Shown here: piece by piece, positions 52,305 through 62,169 of the stretch
Position numbering within the stretch: position 1 is the stretch's first letter
How the letters are laid out: each line of letters opens with the position of its first letter
From: an uncultured delta proteobacterium
GTDB taxonomy: Bacteria > Myxococcota_A > Polyangia > Fen-1088
NCBI GenBank assembly: GCA_963767925.1
Contig: CAVYGB010000008.1
Coordinates: 832,001 to 896,000 of the forward strand
Length of the DNA: 64,000 bases
Reading direction: 5' to 3'
Translations under genes and position numbers: made by a program
The notes under the pieces: model-generated
What the model was told of the DNA's origin: nothing
The model's database searches: none
The model's input: the letters and a program-made list of their open reading frames with translations, nothing else

Positions 52305-53244
52305 GCAGTCGTCCAGCCGCGCCTCCACCACGCATCGTCACCCTCGTGCTGCCCGCGCTCGGCCCGCGCGAGGCCGGGGCGCTCATCGACTGCCTCGAGC
52401 AGCTCCAGGGTGAGCTGTGGCAGGTCTACCGCGAGGCGATCCTCCAGCCCGAGCCCGATCCCGACGTCGCTGAGGATCCCGCCTCGAACAGCGATCCCCC
52501 GTCGTACGATCCGGACGACTCGCTCTTCTGATCGACCGCCGAGCGGGCGCCGTCTGTCTCGGGATCCGCCTCGAGCCGCGCCCCGGGAGGGGGGGCACGC
52601 CTCCCCGGCCGACCCTCCGCCATCCGCGTGCCCCCCTTGAGATCGCCCTGGCGCCCTCGCGGCCCCACTACAGGCTTTCGCCTCGCCACGGACCTACCAG
52701 GCAACTTCCGGCCCAATCAGGTCGCGCCGGGCACCCAAAGCGATTCCCTGTCGGGCCCGAAATCGGCGTCACCGCGCGATCCGCCTCTCCGTCACCCGAG
52801 GCGATTTCGGCCGCCGTGCCGGGGGAGGATTTCACTGCCACCAGCAGTCGGTCGCTGCGACCGGAGGCCCGGGAGGTGACGAAGGAGCCGAGGCACTTCG
52901 GGAAACGCAGCCCGTATGACGGCGGGAACTCGGGCGGGTGGGGTTTTGGCGCGATGGCCGCACGAAAGTTTGAGTACGGCGCAAAGGAGAACGTTGGCCT
53001 CCGGGGCTTGCTGAGCCTCGCGCTGCTTGAAGTCATGCGCAGGCAGCGGGATCGTTTCAGCACCGCCGAGATAGGTGACGTTGCTTGATCAGCGAGCGCC
53101 GGATTGAACCTCGCGTCGCACGTGCACAGAGCACTTGTCCCCGCCCAACCCCGCGAGACAGCAAGCGTTCTCGATGGCTGGGGACAAACTCTGTAACAGC
53201 CTCTCTCACAACCTAGGTAACTACTCACGATTCGCCTCACCCGC

Positions 53245-53304
53245 CCAGATTCAGGTGCTGGTGATCGAAAGATTGTGGGAGTTCGATTCTCCCCGACCGC
53301 ACCC
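53245..53304 (+). repeat. att repeat: tRNA-Leu 3' part, copy 4 (one mismatch)
   Basis: CCAGATTCAGGTGCTGG...GACCGCACCC. Confidence 0.95.
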
Positions 53305-53587
53305 AGATACCCCTGAAATTCCCAGCTCTTCTTGCGCTTCCGACGTTCTGGATCTCGTAGGGGTTCTTGGCGGGGACAAGCGGGGACAAACCGGCGCCCG
53401 CCTTTTCGGCGTTTTCCCCGGTATTTCCGCGCACGCGCCAGAATGGTGTTCTGGTGCGTTTTCTGACGCGAACTATGGGTTGGTCGCCCACGGCAGCGCC
53501 CCGACTTCCATAGTTTGTGTGGCCGTTCCGACGAGCGGGTTTCGATCTTCCCTCCGGTCGCCAGGCTTTACTTCGGCCGCACGAGGG

Positions 53588-54337
53588 TCATTTCGACCGA
53601 CGCTGGTGACGCTCCCGGTACTCTCGGAGGGTCGGTGTTTTCTGCCAATCCTGACTGAGCTCGGTGCCGACGTAGATCTTGCTGATGAGGCCGCGCGGGG
53701 CGCTCTTTCCCTTCGCCACCTCGTATGCAATCTCCGTGGCCTTGCGGTCGCGGTCCGGGGTGTCCTTCGCAAGGGTCACCGGGATCTCGATGGTTAGCTC
53801 TCCGGCGGAAACCCTGAACCGATATAGAGACCTGTGCATCTGCTTGGCCAGGCTGTCCTCGTGGACATGGACCCAGACGTTCTCCAGCGCGAACGGGAGA
53901 TCGAGCAGCTGGGGCGCCAGGTCTTCGAATGCGAGATAGAGCGAAGGCTGGGGGTCGAACCAAAGGGTTTGCCATACCTGGTCCTTGCCGGCCCGTATGG
54001 TAGCTCCCTCGGAAATGGCTTCCGTCGGCGCCAGCGGCCATTCGACGCGGTATTCGTGCACCTGGTCCTTCGGACCCAGGCCGGAACCGAGCAATGCGGC
54101 TGCCTTTTCGAAATCCAGCGGCGACAGACGCGAAACCTTCATTAGCTGTTGGATCAGCTTCTCGACCTTCGCTTCGGGCCTCGGGACGAGCGCTCCGTTC
54201 GGCTCCTTCGCCGGGGATGCTCCAGCGGCCGACGCCGCAAGGCCTGCGCAGCAACAGACGAGCAGCCCAAGCCGCTCCGCCTGGGATCGTCGGAAAGACG
54301 ATGCTCGGGATGTGGCGCCAAACACTTGGAGACTCAC
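53588..54337 (-). CDS. Exported hypothetical protein (candidate immunity partner), divergent paralog
   Basis: Signal-like leader; shares KVS.L..LD..KAA, EY..EW.L.PT, PSL.LAFED, GELTIE with the 26100 protein. Confidence 0.7.
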   Translation of the reverse strand: MSLQVFGATSRASSFRRSQAERLGLLVCCCAGLAASAAGASPAKEPNGALVPRPEAKVEKLIQQLMKVSRLSPLDFEKAAALLGSGLGPKDQVHEYRVEWPLAPTEAISEGATIRAGKDQVWQTLWFDPQPSLYLAFEDLAPQLLDLPFALENVWVHVHEDSLAKQMHRSLYRFRVSAGELTIEIPVTLAKDTPDRDRKATEIAYEVAKGKSAPRGLISKIYVGTELSQDWQKTPTLREYRERHQRRSK

Positions 54338-55248
54338 TGCTTGTGCCTTTCGTCGAAGTCCTCGCGGTGCTTCTCCAGAAAGACCTCCTCGGTGGTCTTG
54401 TAGCTCCCATCGGCATTGCGGCCTCTCGGCTCCTGACCAGCCCAGAAGGCCATCTCTGCAATGGCCTCGTCGACGGTAAGAATGTCACCGCTTTTCCATC
54501 GCTCGTAGATCTTGATGTATTCGTCGTCGAACCCTCCGCGAATCCCGATGTCCGGGCCCATGCCAGGACTTGGGGAATTCCTGATCTCGTCTCTTGCCCT
54601 GGCGTTGGTGAAGGCAGCCCCGGCTTCTCCCCAAATCTCCGTTCGGGTGGCGTTCGTTGCGTAGCCTTCGCGATCACCGATGTCTACGGGCGCGCGACCT
54701 GGCCCTCTGACGGCGTGGTCTATCTCGTGGCTGGCGAGCGAGGAGAGCTCGGCCGGAGTCAGGACATGCCCATCGACCAAGGACTTCGGATTGATATAGA
54801 TGACTTTGTCTGGCGGCCCGTGATGGGTCTCATTCGGTCCGTTCCGAAACTCGATGTGATAGCCCTTTTCCTTGGCCTTCGCCCACAGCTCGCGCATGGT
54901 GGGACTCTTGTTCAGGATCTCGTCGACCTCCTTGCCCAGGCCGGACACGATGGGGGGCGCGAGGCGCGGTTTCTCGGGCTTCGCCGGTGCGGCAACCGGA
55001 ACGGGCGGCCGTTCCGGTTGCGGACCGGACGGCCCACCTCCACCAACTATCACGGTCTCTCCGCCCAAGGGCGCCACCGCCAACCGTTGCGGGGGAGGCG
55101 GCTCCTCGATGATATCGATGCTCTGGGGTGTGCCCGGGCCGAGGGGATCAGTTGGGGCGTCGGGGTCCACGTCCGGGCCGCCGGCGGTTCCGACATCGGC
55201 TGAAGGAGTGCTCACGCCTCGACCGGTGATGCTGTTGAAGCTCGTCAT
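54334..55248 (-). CDS. HEXXH metallopeptidase-like protein, divergent paralog
   Basis: SHEIDHA, GLG..D..LN.SPT, NARARDEI, GPDIGIRG; AGGAG RBS; GTGA-coupled to partner. Confidence 0.75.
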   Translation of the reverse strand: MTSFNSITGRGVSTPSADVGTAGGPDVDPDAPTDPLGPGTPQSIDIIEEPPPPQRLAVAPLGGETVIVGGGGPSGPQPERPPVPVAAPAKPEKPRLAPPIVSGLGKEVDEILNKSPTMRELWAKAKEKGYHIEFRNGPNETHHGPPDKVIYINPKSLVDGHVLTPAELSSLASHEIDHAVRGPGRAPVDIGDREGYATNATRTEIWGEAGAAFTNARARDEIRNSPSPGMGPDIGIRGGFDDEYIKIYERWKSGDILTVDEAIAEMAFWAGQEPRGRNADGSYKTTEEVFLEKHREDFDERHKQ

Positions 55249-55361
55249 CAGGCTCTCCTGCTCAGGTCTGGTGGGACGTACGCTGTTTCGGTTGGAGCTT
55301 GCGTGAGTTGCGCGGTAGTTTTGCGGCGCAACCAGCCACAGATACCATGGTCGGCATGCCC

Positions 55362-56987
55362 ATGGTGAAGAGAGACGCGCTCGCCTTCGTGGGAGGTTTT
55401 CACAAGCCCACACCCGGCCGCGCGCAGGGCACCCATCGGTCGGCCTACCTGGTGTGTCAGGCCCTGGCGAGGGTGGGGCGGTACGGTACCTTCGACCTCT
55501 ACCGGGACCAACAGCGAAGCCACGGCGCCCTCGTGTTGCCGTCGAGCCCACCCACCCGGGTTTTCGAGAAGACGCGGTTGCACAGCACGCGTGACCGCTA
55601 CGCTGCCATCCATGTCGCCAACGGCGAGCAGATCTTCACCGCGCCACACCAGCTGCGCCCGGCGGGCGATTGGGCACCGGTGATCTGCAGCATCGGCACC
55701 GCCCACGCCAACAGCCAGTGGGCGAACCTCTTCCTGTCGCTGGCGTCGGGCACGATCCGTTCCACCGACGCGTTCATCTTCAAGTCCGAAGCGGCCCGGT
55801 CGCTGTTCCGGGGGGTCTGGGGACGGTGGTCGCAGCGGTTCGGGTTCCAGTCGCCGTTTCCGGCCATCGCGACCGTCATCCCCAACGGGGTGGATGTGCA
55901 TCAAAACTGTCGTTCCGAGACTCTGCGTTCGCAGACGCGCGATCGACTGGGCGTCCATCAGCAGGAAATCGTATATCTCTCGTTCAACCGGCTGGACCCG
56001 GGCATGAAAGGCGACCTCGAGGCGCTGGTCCTCCATTGGACACGGGTCCTGGCAAACGTGCCACGCGCGCTACTGGTCCTGGCCGGTGTGACCGCCGATC
56101 GCGACTACGTTGGACATTTGCGACAGCTCGCCCGCGCGGTTGGCGCCGCCAACCGGATCCTGGTCATCGACAACCCCCACGAGCTGTTCCCGGACGCGCG
56201 CGGCAGCTTGATGTCCGCGGCCGACGTCTTCGTTCATCCGAGCACCGGCATCGAGGAGGCCTCGCCGCTGGCCGTGCACGAGGCGCAGGCGCACGCCCTC
56301 CCGATCATCGCCGCCCGCTGGGCTGGCATCCCGGAGGTGGTCACCCACGGCGAGACCGGCTTCCTCATCGACACGCGCGTCGCTCCGCTGCGACCTCATG
56401 TGGCGACCACGATGTTTGGCGAGACCGACCGAACCCATCTGGTCCACGCGGGCCGCACCGTCTGGTGCGACTGGCGAGCCTTCGTCGACGCGGCGACCGC
56501 GCTCGCTGATGAGGACCGCCGCGCAGCCATGGGCGCCGCCGCCCGCCGCCGGGAACAATCCCGCGACATCGAGGCAGTGGCGCGCGAATACGTGACCTTC
56601 TTCGATGCGGCCAGCGCCGCCGCCGAGAAGGCCTGGGCCGGCCCGGCACCCTCTCAACCGCTGGTCCACCTCGACGACGTGCTCGCGGCTCAGGCCGCCG
56701 GGACGCTGGAGCCAGGACACCGCTTGCGCCTGGCTGACCAGCAGCCTCTGCCGCTGCTGACCCGAGGGTCCTATTCCGAATCCTCGGCTCAGCTCTCTTG
56801 TGTGCTCGAGCTCTTCAAGAGCGAGGAGGTCGTATCCGTTGCGGACGCGGCTGCCGCGGCGGCTGCCTTCGCGCGCGCCGCCGACCCTGCCGAGTTCGGC
56901 GACGAGACTGATCTGGCGATCTCCTCGCGCTTGCTCGTCCGCCTGCTGAACGCCGGCGTGCTGGAACTCGATCGCGAGCCGACTTGA
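55362..56987 (+). CDS. GT4 glycosyltransferase with C-terminal extension
   Basis: VIPNGVD, ADVFVHPS, EE.SPL.V.EA, GIPEVV..GETG. Confidence 0.85.
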   Translation: MVKRDALAFVGGFHKPTPGRAQGTHRSAYLVCQALARVGRYGTFDLYRDQQRSHGALVLPSSPPTRVFEKTRLHSTRDRYAAIHVANGEQIFTAPHQLRPAGDWAPVICSIGTAHANSQWANLFLSLASGTIRSTDAFIFKSEAARSLFRGVWGRWSQRFGFQSPFPAIATVIPNGVDVHQNCRSETLRSQTRDRLGVHQQEIVYLSFNRLDPGMKGDLEALVLHWTRVLANVPRALLVLAGVTADRDYVGHLRQLARAVGAANRILVIDNPHELFPDARGSLMSAADVFVHPSTGIEEASPLAVHEAQAHALPIIAARWAGIPEVVTHGETGFLIDTRVAPLRPHVATTMFGETDRTHLVHAGRTVWCDWRAFVDAATALADEDRRAAMGAAARRREQSRDIEAVAREYVTFFDAASAAAEKAWAGPAPSQPLVHLDDVLAAQAAGTLEPGHRLRLADQQPLPLLTRGSYSESSAQLSCVLELFKSEEVVSVADAAAAAAAFARAADPAEFGDETDLAISSRLLVRLLNAGVLELDREPT

Positions 56988-57098
56988 GCCTGCCCGCCGT
57001 GAGCGGGCCGCTTTTCGGCTCTCCTGACATCTTCGTGGGCGCACGGCTCAGAGGCGGTAGGCTGCTGGACGTCAACTACAAACACCCGCGGGCGCCAA

Positions 57099-57938
57099 TT
57101 ACATCTCCCCAGTCGCCTCCGGGGTAATTGTCGTCGCATGATCGGTAGTTGTCGTAGTTGTCGCTGGGCCTGAGTCACCTCTCTTGCGCGCGGCTTCGTC
57201 GCGGTGGCTGAAGCCGGTCATCTCGATGATGACGGCGTGGTGGATGAGACGGTCGATGGCCGCGGCAGTGGTCATGGGATCCTTGAAAATTCGGATCCAG
57301 TCGCTGAAGACCAGATTGCTGGTGATGATGACGCTCTTGCGCTCGTACCGTTCGGCCAGGAAGGTGAAGAGCACCTCCATCTCGTCCCGGCTCTGCTGGA
57401 CGTAGCCGATGTCGTCCAGGATGACTGCGTGATAGATGTCCAGCGTCCCCAGCTCACGCTCGAGGCGCAGGTCGCGCTTGGCCGCGAGCAGCCTCTGGAC
57501 GAGCGCAAAGGTCGGCGTGAACAGGACGCGATACCCGCGGCGGATGAGCTCGTGTCCGATAGCCGCGACGACGTGGGTCTTGCCCCGGCCCGGCAGCCCG
57601 AAAGCCAGGAGGTTTTCTCCCCGCTCCACGAAGCCGCCTTCGCAGAGATCCGGCAGCTGCTTCGCCACTTTCTGCGGCAGTCGGCCTCGGTTCAGGGTCG
57701 CCAGCGTCTTCTCCGACGGCAGGTCCGAGTCGCGGAGAGCGCGGTCGACGCGTCGGACTCTGCGCTCCTCGACCTCGAGTTCGGCCAGGTGGTGCAGGTA
57801 TTGGCCGAAGGTCCACCCCTCTCGCGTTGCCTTCGCGGCCACCTCCTCGGCGTACCGACCGAAGGCCGGTAACTTCAGGGCGCGCATGAGCACGAGGAGC
57901 GCATCGAGGGCGCATACCTTGCCGTCAGGCGCGGTCAT
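57099..57938 (-). CDS. istB: IS21 helper ATPase
   Basis: GLPGRGKTH, ILDDIGY, ITSN, AAIDRL. Confidence 0.9.
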   Translation of the reverse strand: MTAPDGKVCALDALLVLMRALKLPAFGRYAEEVAAKATREGWTFGQYLHHLAELEVEERRVRRVDRALRDSDLPSEKTLATLNRGRLPQKVAKQLPDLCEGGFVERGENLLAFGLPGRGKTHVVAAIGHELIRRGYRVLFTPTFALVQRLLAAKRDLRLERELGTLDIYHAVILDDIGYVQQSRDEMEVLFTFLAERYERKSVIITSNLVFSDWIRIFKDPMTTAAAIDRLIHHAVIIEMTGFSHRDEAARKRGDSGPATTTTTTDHATTITPEATGEM

Positions 57939-58211
57939 GACGCCACCTCCGCAAGGAGCGTGTCGTAGGCGGCGAGATCCACGGTCGGCCTGTCGAGCAC
58001 CGGCACCACGCACGCGGCGGTGCTTGCCGCCTGCGCGCATCTTCCCTTCACAGTATCCGCCGTCACGGCCGCCCCTTCAGACAGCAGCGACGCGATCGCT
58101 TGCTCCACGTCGGCCTCCATGGTGCTCGCGGCCAGGTGGAGGATGCGCAGGTACTCGACGTCTCCTTTGGTCCCCGACTTTGCGGCTTGGATCGCGTCGT
58201 AAGCCTGCCGG
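57935..58211 (-). pseudogene. istA 3' remnant
   Basis: EYLRILHLAA, DLAAYD.LL; ATGA-coupled to istB. Confidence 0.7.
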
Positions 58212-59479
58212 TGCACATTTCGGCGAACGTGATCACCGAGATCGGTCCATCGTGATCATGTCGGAGCGAAGCGACGCTGTCTGGTCGCGTTAGTACCTAT
58301 TTCGATAGGCCGGCCGCGCGCCACGCGATGATTCCGCAGACAAAATGAAGCATGGCGAAGTACGTGTCCTCGCGAATTTCCCACCGGATGAGAATGCGTC
58401 GGAATCTGTTCATCCAGCCGTGGGTCCTCTCGACGACCCATCGTCGTGCCTTGACGCCGGGCTTGCGCTCGAGTTCCTTCTTCTCTTCGCCCCGGCTGCG
58501 CACGTGAAGTGTGAACCCGTGGGCAGCTCCGATAGCCCGCGGCTCCTTGTAGTCGAATGCCTTGTCCAGGCAGAGGCCTTGGGGAGAAGTCTTCGTCGGC
58601 CGCGGGCGAGTCACTGGGATGCTGTCGATCGTTTCCGGCATCAATTTGTGGTCGTTCCGATTCGCCCCGTCAACCGCCAGACCGAGGGGCACGCCCGCGC
58701 CATCGACCAGGAGGCTGCGTTTGGTACCGTCCTTGGCGCGATCGGTTGGGTTTGGTCCGGTTTTTTTCCCCCCCGAGGGGCGCCTTCGTCATGGCCCCAT
58801 CCATCGACATCCAACTCCAGTCGATGCCCTTCGCCTCATCGTAGGCCAGAAGCCCCTGGCGCCAGAACTCGTGAAACACTCCCGCGTCCAGCCACTCCCG
58901 GAATCGTCGGTACGCCGACGCGCAGGAGCAGATGCCCGTCGCGTCCAGAGCGTTCCACCGGCAACCGGTTCGGAGCACGAAAAGAATCGCGGCCATGGCA
59001 TTTCGATCTGGCACCCGAGGCCGGTGGCATCCGAGCGGGTGCACGGGGCGCGGGGGAAGCAGCGGCTCCAGCTTGGCCCAGAGGTCGTCGGACAGCTTCC
59101 AACTGGGCGCCTTGGCGGTGCGTTTCATGCCCCTACAAGCGGGCCAGATCGTTGATCGCGCAATTTTTTGACCGTTTCGACAGGGCGGTCTACGTTGCCT
59201 TCACGTCCTAACGAAATAGGTTCTTAGTGGTTATTCGGTCTCGGTCTCCTTCTCGTTCTTTCGCCTCGAAGGCCCCTTTAGCACGAGCCGGTGGGCGTTG
59301 TGCAGGATGCGGTCGAGGATGGCGTCTGCGAGGGTCTGATCGGCCAGGTGGGCGTGCCAGGTTTTCGGCGGGAGTTGGCTGGTCATGATCGTGGAGCGAT
59401 TGCCGTACCGGTCTTCGAGGATTTCGAAGAAGTCACGCCTCTCCTGCTCGCCGGGCGGGGTGAGGCCCCAGTCGTCGAT
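58212..59479 (-). mobile_element. Second IS21 remnant: terminal repeats (58212-58289) and istB 3' fragment (59231-59479)
   Basis: TG end with CGTGATCA repeats; DDWG...EILEDRY...TSQLP...DAILDR. Confidence 0.7.
58293..59223 (-). mobile_element. IS5-family element with split transposase (58670-59128, 58297-58692)
   Basis: IRs GTACCTATTTCGATAGG/CCTAACGAAATAGGTTC, TTA TSD, TGC.W..L, RW.VER...W; G/A homopolymer runs at the ORF junction. Confidence 0.88.
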
Positions 59480-59622
59480 TTATGTGGAGCTCCACATAAA
59501 TCGACTCATGTTGAGCCCCTGCTTATGTGGAGCTGCGGTTGAGTTCTCCTCGGCGGTAGGCGCCCACGACTTCACATAAATCGATCGGTACGCTCCTGGC
59601 GGTCCATCCAAGGAGGCCGCCC

Positions 59623-60846
59623 ATGCTGACCGAGTTGTATCCACGATTTCATGCTCGTTTCTCGTCGCTGCCGCTACTGGGACCCCATGTAGAGAGGTTC
59701 GTCAGTTGGCTTCACGCGGAAGGGTATCCTCCTCGGCAGATTGTGCTACGCGTTCGACGGATGCCGCGGGTCGATGCCCGCCTACGACGGCGAGGTGTTG
59801 TCCGGTTCGACGAGCTCTCTCGAGGTCAGCTCTTGGAGCTGGCACCACGGAAAGCACAGGACGATACCTATCTCTCGGCACTTGTAAGATCCCCCGGGCA
59901 TTACGTCGAGGAGCAACGCTCGGTCGAGCGTCCCGCGCTGACACGAGGCCAACGGCTCGTCGAGAAGTACCGGATCTACCTGGGCAGCGTGCGTGGCCTT
60001 GCCGACGCCACGATTACTGGCCATGCGTCGACGGCATCCGAGGTGTTGGCCTTCGTGGACTACGAGAGACGTCCGGCCAGCCTGCACCGGCTTGATTCCC
60101 GCAGGATCGAGTCCTTCATCAAAGCAGTCGCAGCCCGTCTCAGCCGCGAGACCCTTCAACACATCATCGCCCGTGTCCGTTCTTTTCTTCGCTTTCTCGT
60201 CGGTCAAGGCCAGATCGCTGAGGACCTCGATACGACGATCGATACGCCTCGCGTGTACCGAGGCGAGCGCCTGCCGCGGTCGATCCCGTGGAAGGTCGTC
60301 CAGTCGTTTCTCGCCGCGATCGATCGGTCCACGCCGAAGGGTCGACGCGACTACGCCATGTTTCTGCTGATCACCACGTATGGTCTGCGCACAAGCGAGG
60401 TCGCGGCGCTGCGACTGGACGACATCGAGTGGCGCGCAGGCCGGCTCCGCGTCCCCCGACCGAAGATGCAGGCCCCAATCATGTTGCCCCTGACCAAGGA
60501 AGTGGGCGCCGCCCTTGCCGCCTACCTGCGCCGGGGGCGACCCGAGCTTTCGTGCCGACAGGTCTTCGTGCGGGTCCGATCTCCCGCTGGCCCACTCGAA
60601 CGCACGGGCGTGAGCAACGCATTTCAGTGGTGGTGCCGGCGTGCTGGCCTCCCGATTCCGCACCAGGGTCCCCATTGTCTGCGCCACTCACTCGCCGTTC
60701 ATCTGCTTCGCCAAGGCACCTCGCTCAAGGCGATCGGAGACCTGCTTGGTCATCGCAGCAGCGAGAGCACCTGCGTCTATCTCCGGCTGCATGTCGAGGA
60801 TCTCCGCGACGTCGCGCTGGATATTCCGTCGGAGGCGCGCACATGA
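59623..60846 (+). CDS. RitA-like tyrosine recombinase
   Basis: RDYAM...YGLR..E, HCLRHS.A, LLGH, T.VY; duplicated N-terminal domain. Confidence 0.85.
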   Translation: MLTELYPRFHARFSSLPLLGPHVERFVSWLHAEGYPPRQIVLRVRRMPRVDARLRRRGVVRFDELSRGQLLELAPRKAQDDTYLSALVRSPGHYVEEQRSVERPALTRGQRLVEKYRIYLGSVRGLADATITGHASTASEVLAFVDYERRPASLHRLDSRRIESFIKAVAARLSRETLQHIIARVRSFLRFLVGQGQIAEDLDTTIDTPRVYRGERLPRSIPWKVVQSFLAAIDRSTPKGRRDYAMFLLITTYGLRTSEVAALRLDDIEWRAGRLRVPRPKMQAPIMLPLTKEVGAALAAYLRRGRPELSCRQVFVRVRSPAGPLERTGVSNAFQWWCRRAGLPIPHQGPHCLRHSLAVHLLRQGTSLKAIGDLLGHRSSESTCVYLRLHVEDLRDVALDIPSEART

Positions 60847-61020
60847 GCTCGGTCCTCCGCTCCGCACTTGGCGCAAAGATCAACTCTTACCTCGAATTCA
60901 AGAAAGCTCTCGGGCGCCGCTTCGCCAACGAGACTAGGGTGCTCGTGCATCTCGATGGTTACCTCGCACAGCAGCGGCCTTCCAAGTTGAGCCCCGATTC
61001 GTTTGCTGGGTGGAGTTCGG
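60843..61020 (+). pseudogene. Truncated RitB-like recombinase N-terminus
   Basis: ATGA-coupled; YL.FKKALG..F......L..LD.YL. Confidence 0.65.
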
Positions 61021-61179
61021 TGTTGCGGCGGCCGAAGGTTCAGCTCCGCTCCGCGCCGGTGTGGAATCTGCGCCCTCGCCGATGGTCAAATGCGGCGCGG
61101 TTGCAGTCTGCTCATCATGGCCGCAGACGGCCACGACGAGCAGACCGCCCGCTTGAGACTGCTCGTCCGGTTGATCCGT

Positions 61180-61800
61180 GGAGGGGGTAGCCTTGGCCTT
61201 GCTGGTCGCCTGGGAAGCCAAGGCGGCCCGGCGCCTGTAGAAGGTCGCCGTCGACAGCCCCAGGGCGCCGCATATGGAGCCGACGCTGACGCCGGGGACA
61301 GGTTCCGCCTTCACGGTCTCGTCCATCAGGACTTTTCGCCGTCGGGCTTGGGCAGTTCCAACCCCAGCAGCGAAGCCATTTTTTTTTGGATATCCACCAG
61401 CATCTCCGCGCGCTCCGCGCGAGCAGTGAGGGCGGTGACCTCGCGGCGCAGTCGACGATTCTCAATCTCTTCCGGCGTCGGTGGCGTGACCTTGGGTCCG
61501 CGCTTTCTCGGAGCGAGACCAGCCATTCCCCGCTGCTCCATCTCGCGGCGCCAGGTCGAAAGGTGCGACGAATACAGCCCCGCCCGGCGCAGCAGTGCTC
61601 CCAACTCGCCGGGCTTCGTGCACGCCGCCGCCTGACGGAGAACCCCTCGCTTGTACTCGGCGGTGAACCTCCGCCGGGTTGCCTTCGACACGACCTCGGT
61701 ATCATGTGCTAACACGCTGCTCATCTCTACCCGTTCCTGACTCGCCCTCGACATTAAATTCGGCTTCGGCGTCGTCTCAGGTCACGTTGGCAGATAGGGG
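61180..61800 (-). mobile_element. IS3-like remnant (orfA 61326-61754, truncated orfB)
   Basis: RRRFTAEYK, LLRR.GLYSSHL..WR, DIQKK; orfB C.ALG.S.AT.YR. Confidence 0.75.
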
Positions 61801-61825
61801 CCGGGGACTCCGTCGAGCGGCTCGG

Positions 61826-62100
61826 TCAGGCGCCGGGGCGCACGGACAGGGCGTGGTGGAAGACGCTGGCCGGGTCGCAGCGCCCCTTCACCGCCCGCAG
61901 GCGAGCGCAGTTGCCCTGGTAGTAGAACTGGTGCCAGGGCACGCCGGAGCTGTTCCAGGCCGGGTCGGTGAGATCTCCATCAGGGTGGTTGATCTCGGCG
62001 CCGTCGTAGGCCGGCCCGGGGACGGGCGCGCCGCCGGTGCTGGCGAAGACGTCCCGGTAGGTGGTGCAGGCCCAGTCGATGTATTCGCGTCCTCGGCGGG
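61826..62100 (-). pseudogene. Berberine-bridge (BBE) domain C-terminal fragment of an FAD oxidoreductase
   Basis: IN.PD.DL..P.W......YY.GN..RL..VK...DP..VF. Confidence 0.65.
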
Positions 62101-62169
62101 GTCGATCCAGCCATCGACGATGCGGGGATTCTTCTCGTCGCGGGTAGCGACTGAATGGCCGAGCACCGC

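Larger units (their letters stand above)
44930..53244. mobile_element. Cassette 3 (decayed; type B left end, type A right end)
   Basis: Between att copies 3 and 4; int remnant at left, type A segment at right. Confidence 0.7.

Noticed and set aside
52816..53088. ORF within the conserved type A right end
   Set aside because: The frame is not preserved in the 34026-34425 copy; treated as non-coding or remnant.
34426..53304. Additional tRNA-Leu genes at 34426, 44872 and 53245
   Set aside because: They lack the 5' acceptor strand and D-arm, so they are att repeats rather than genes.
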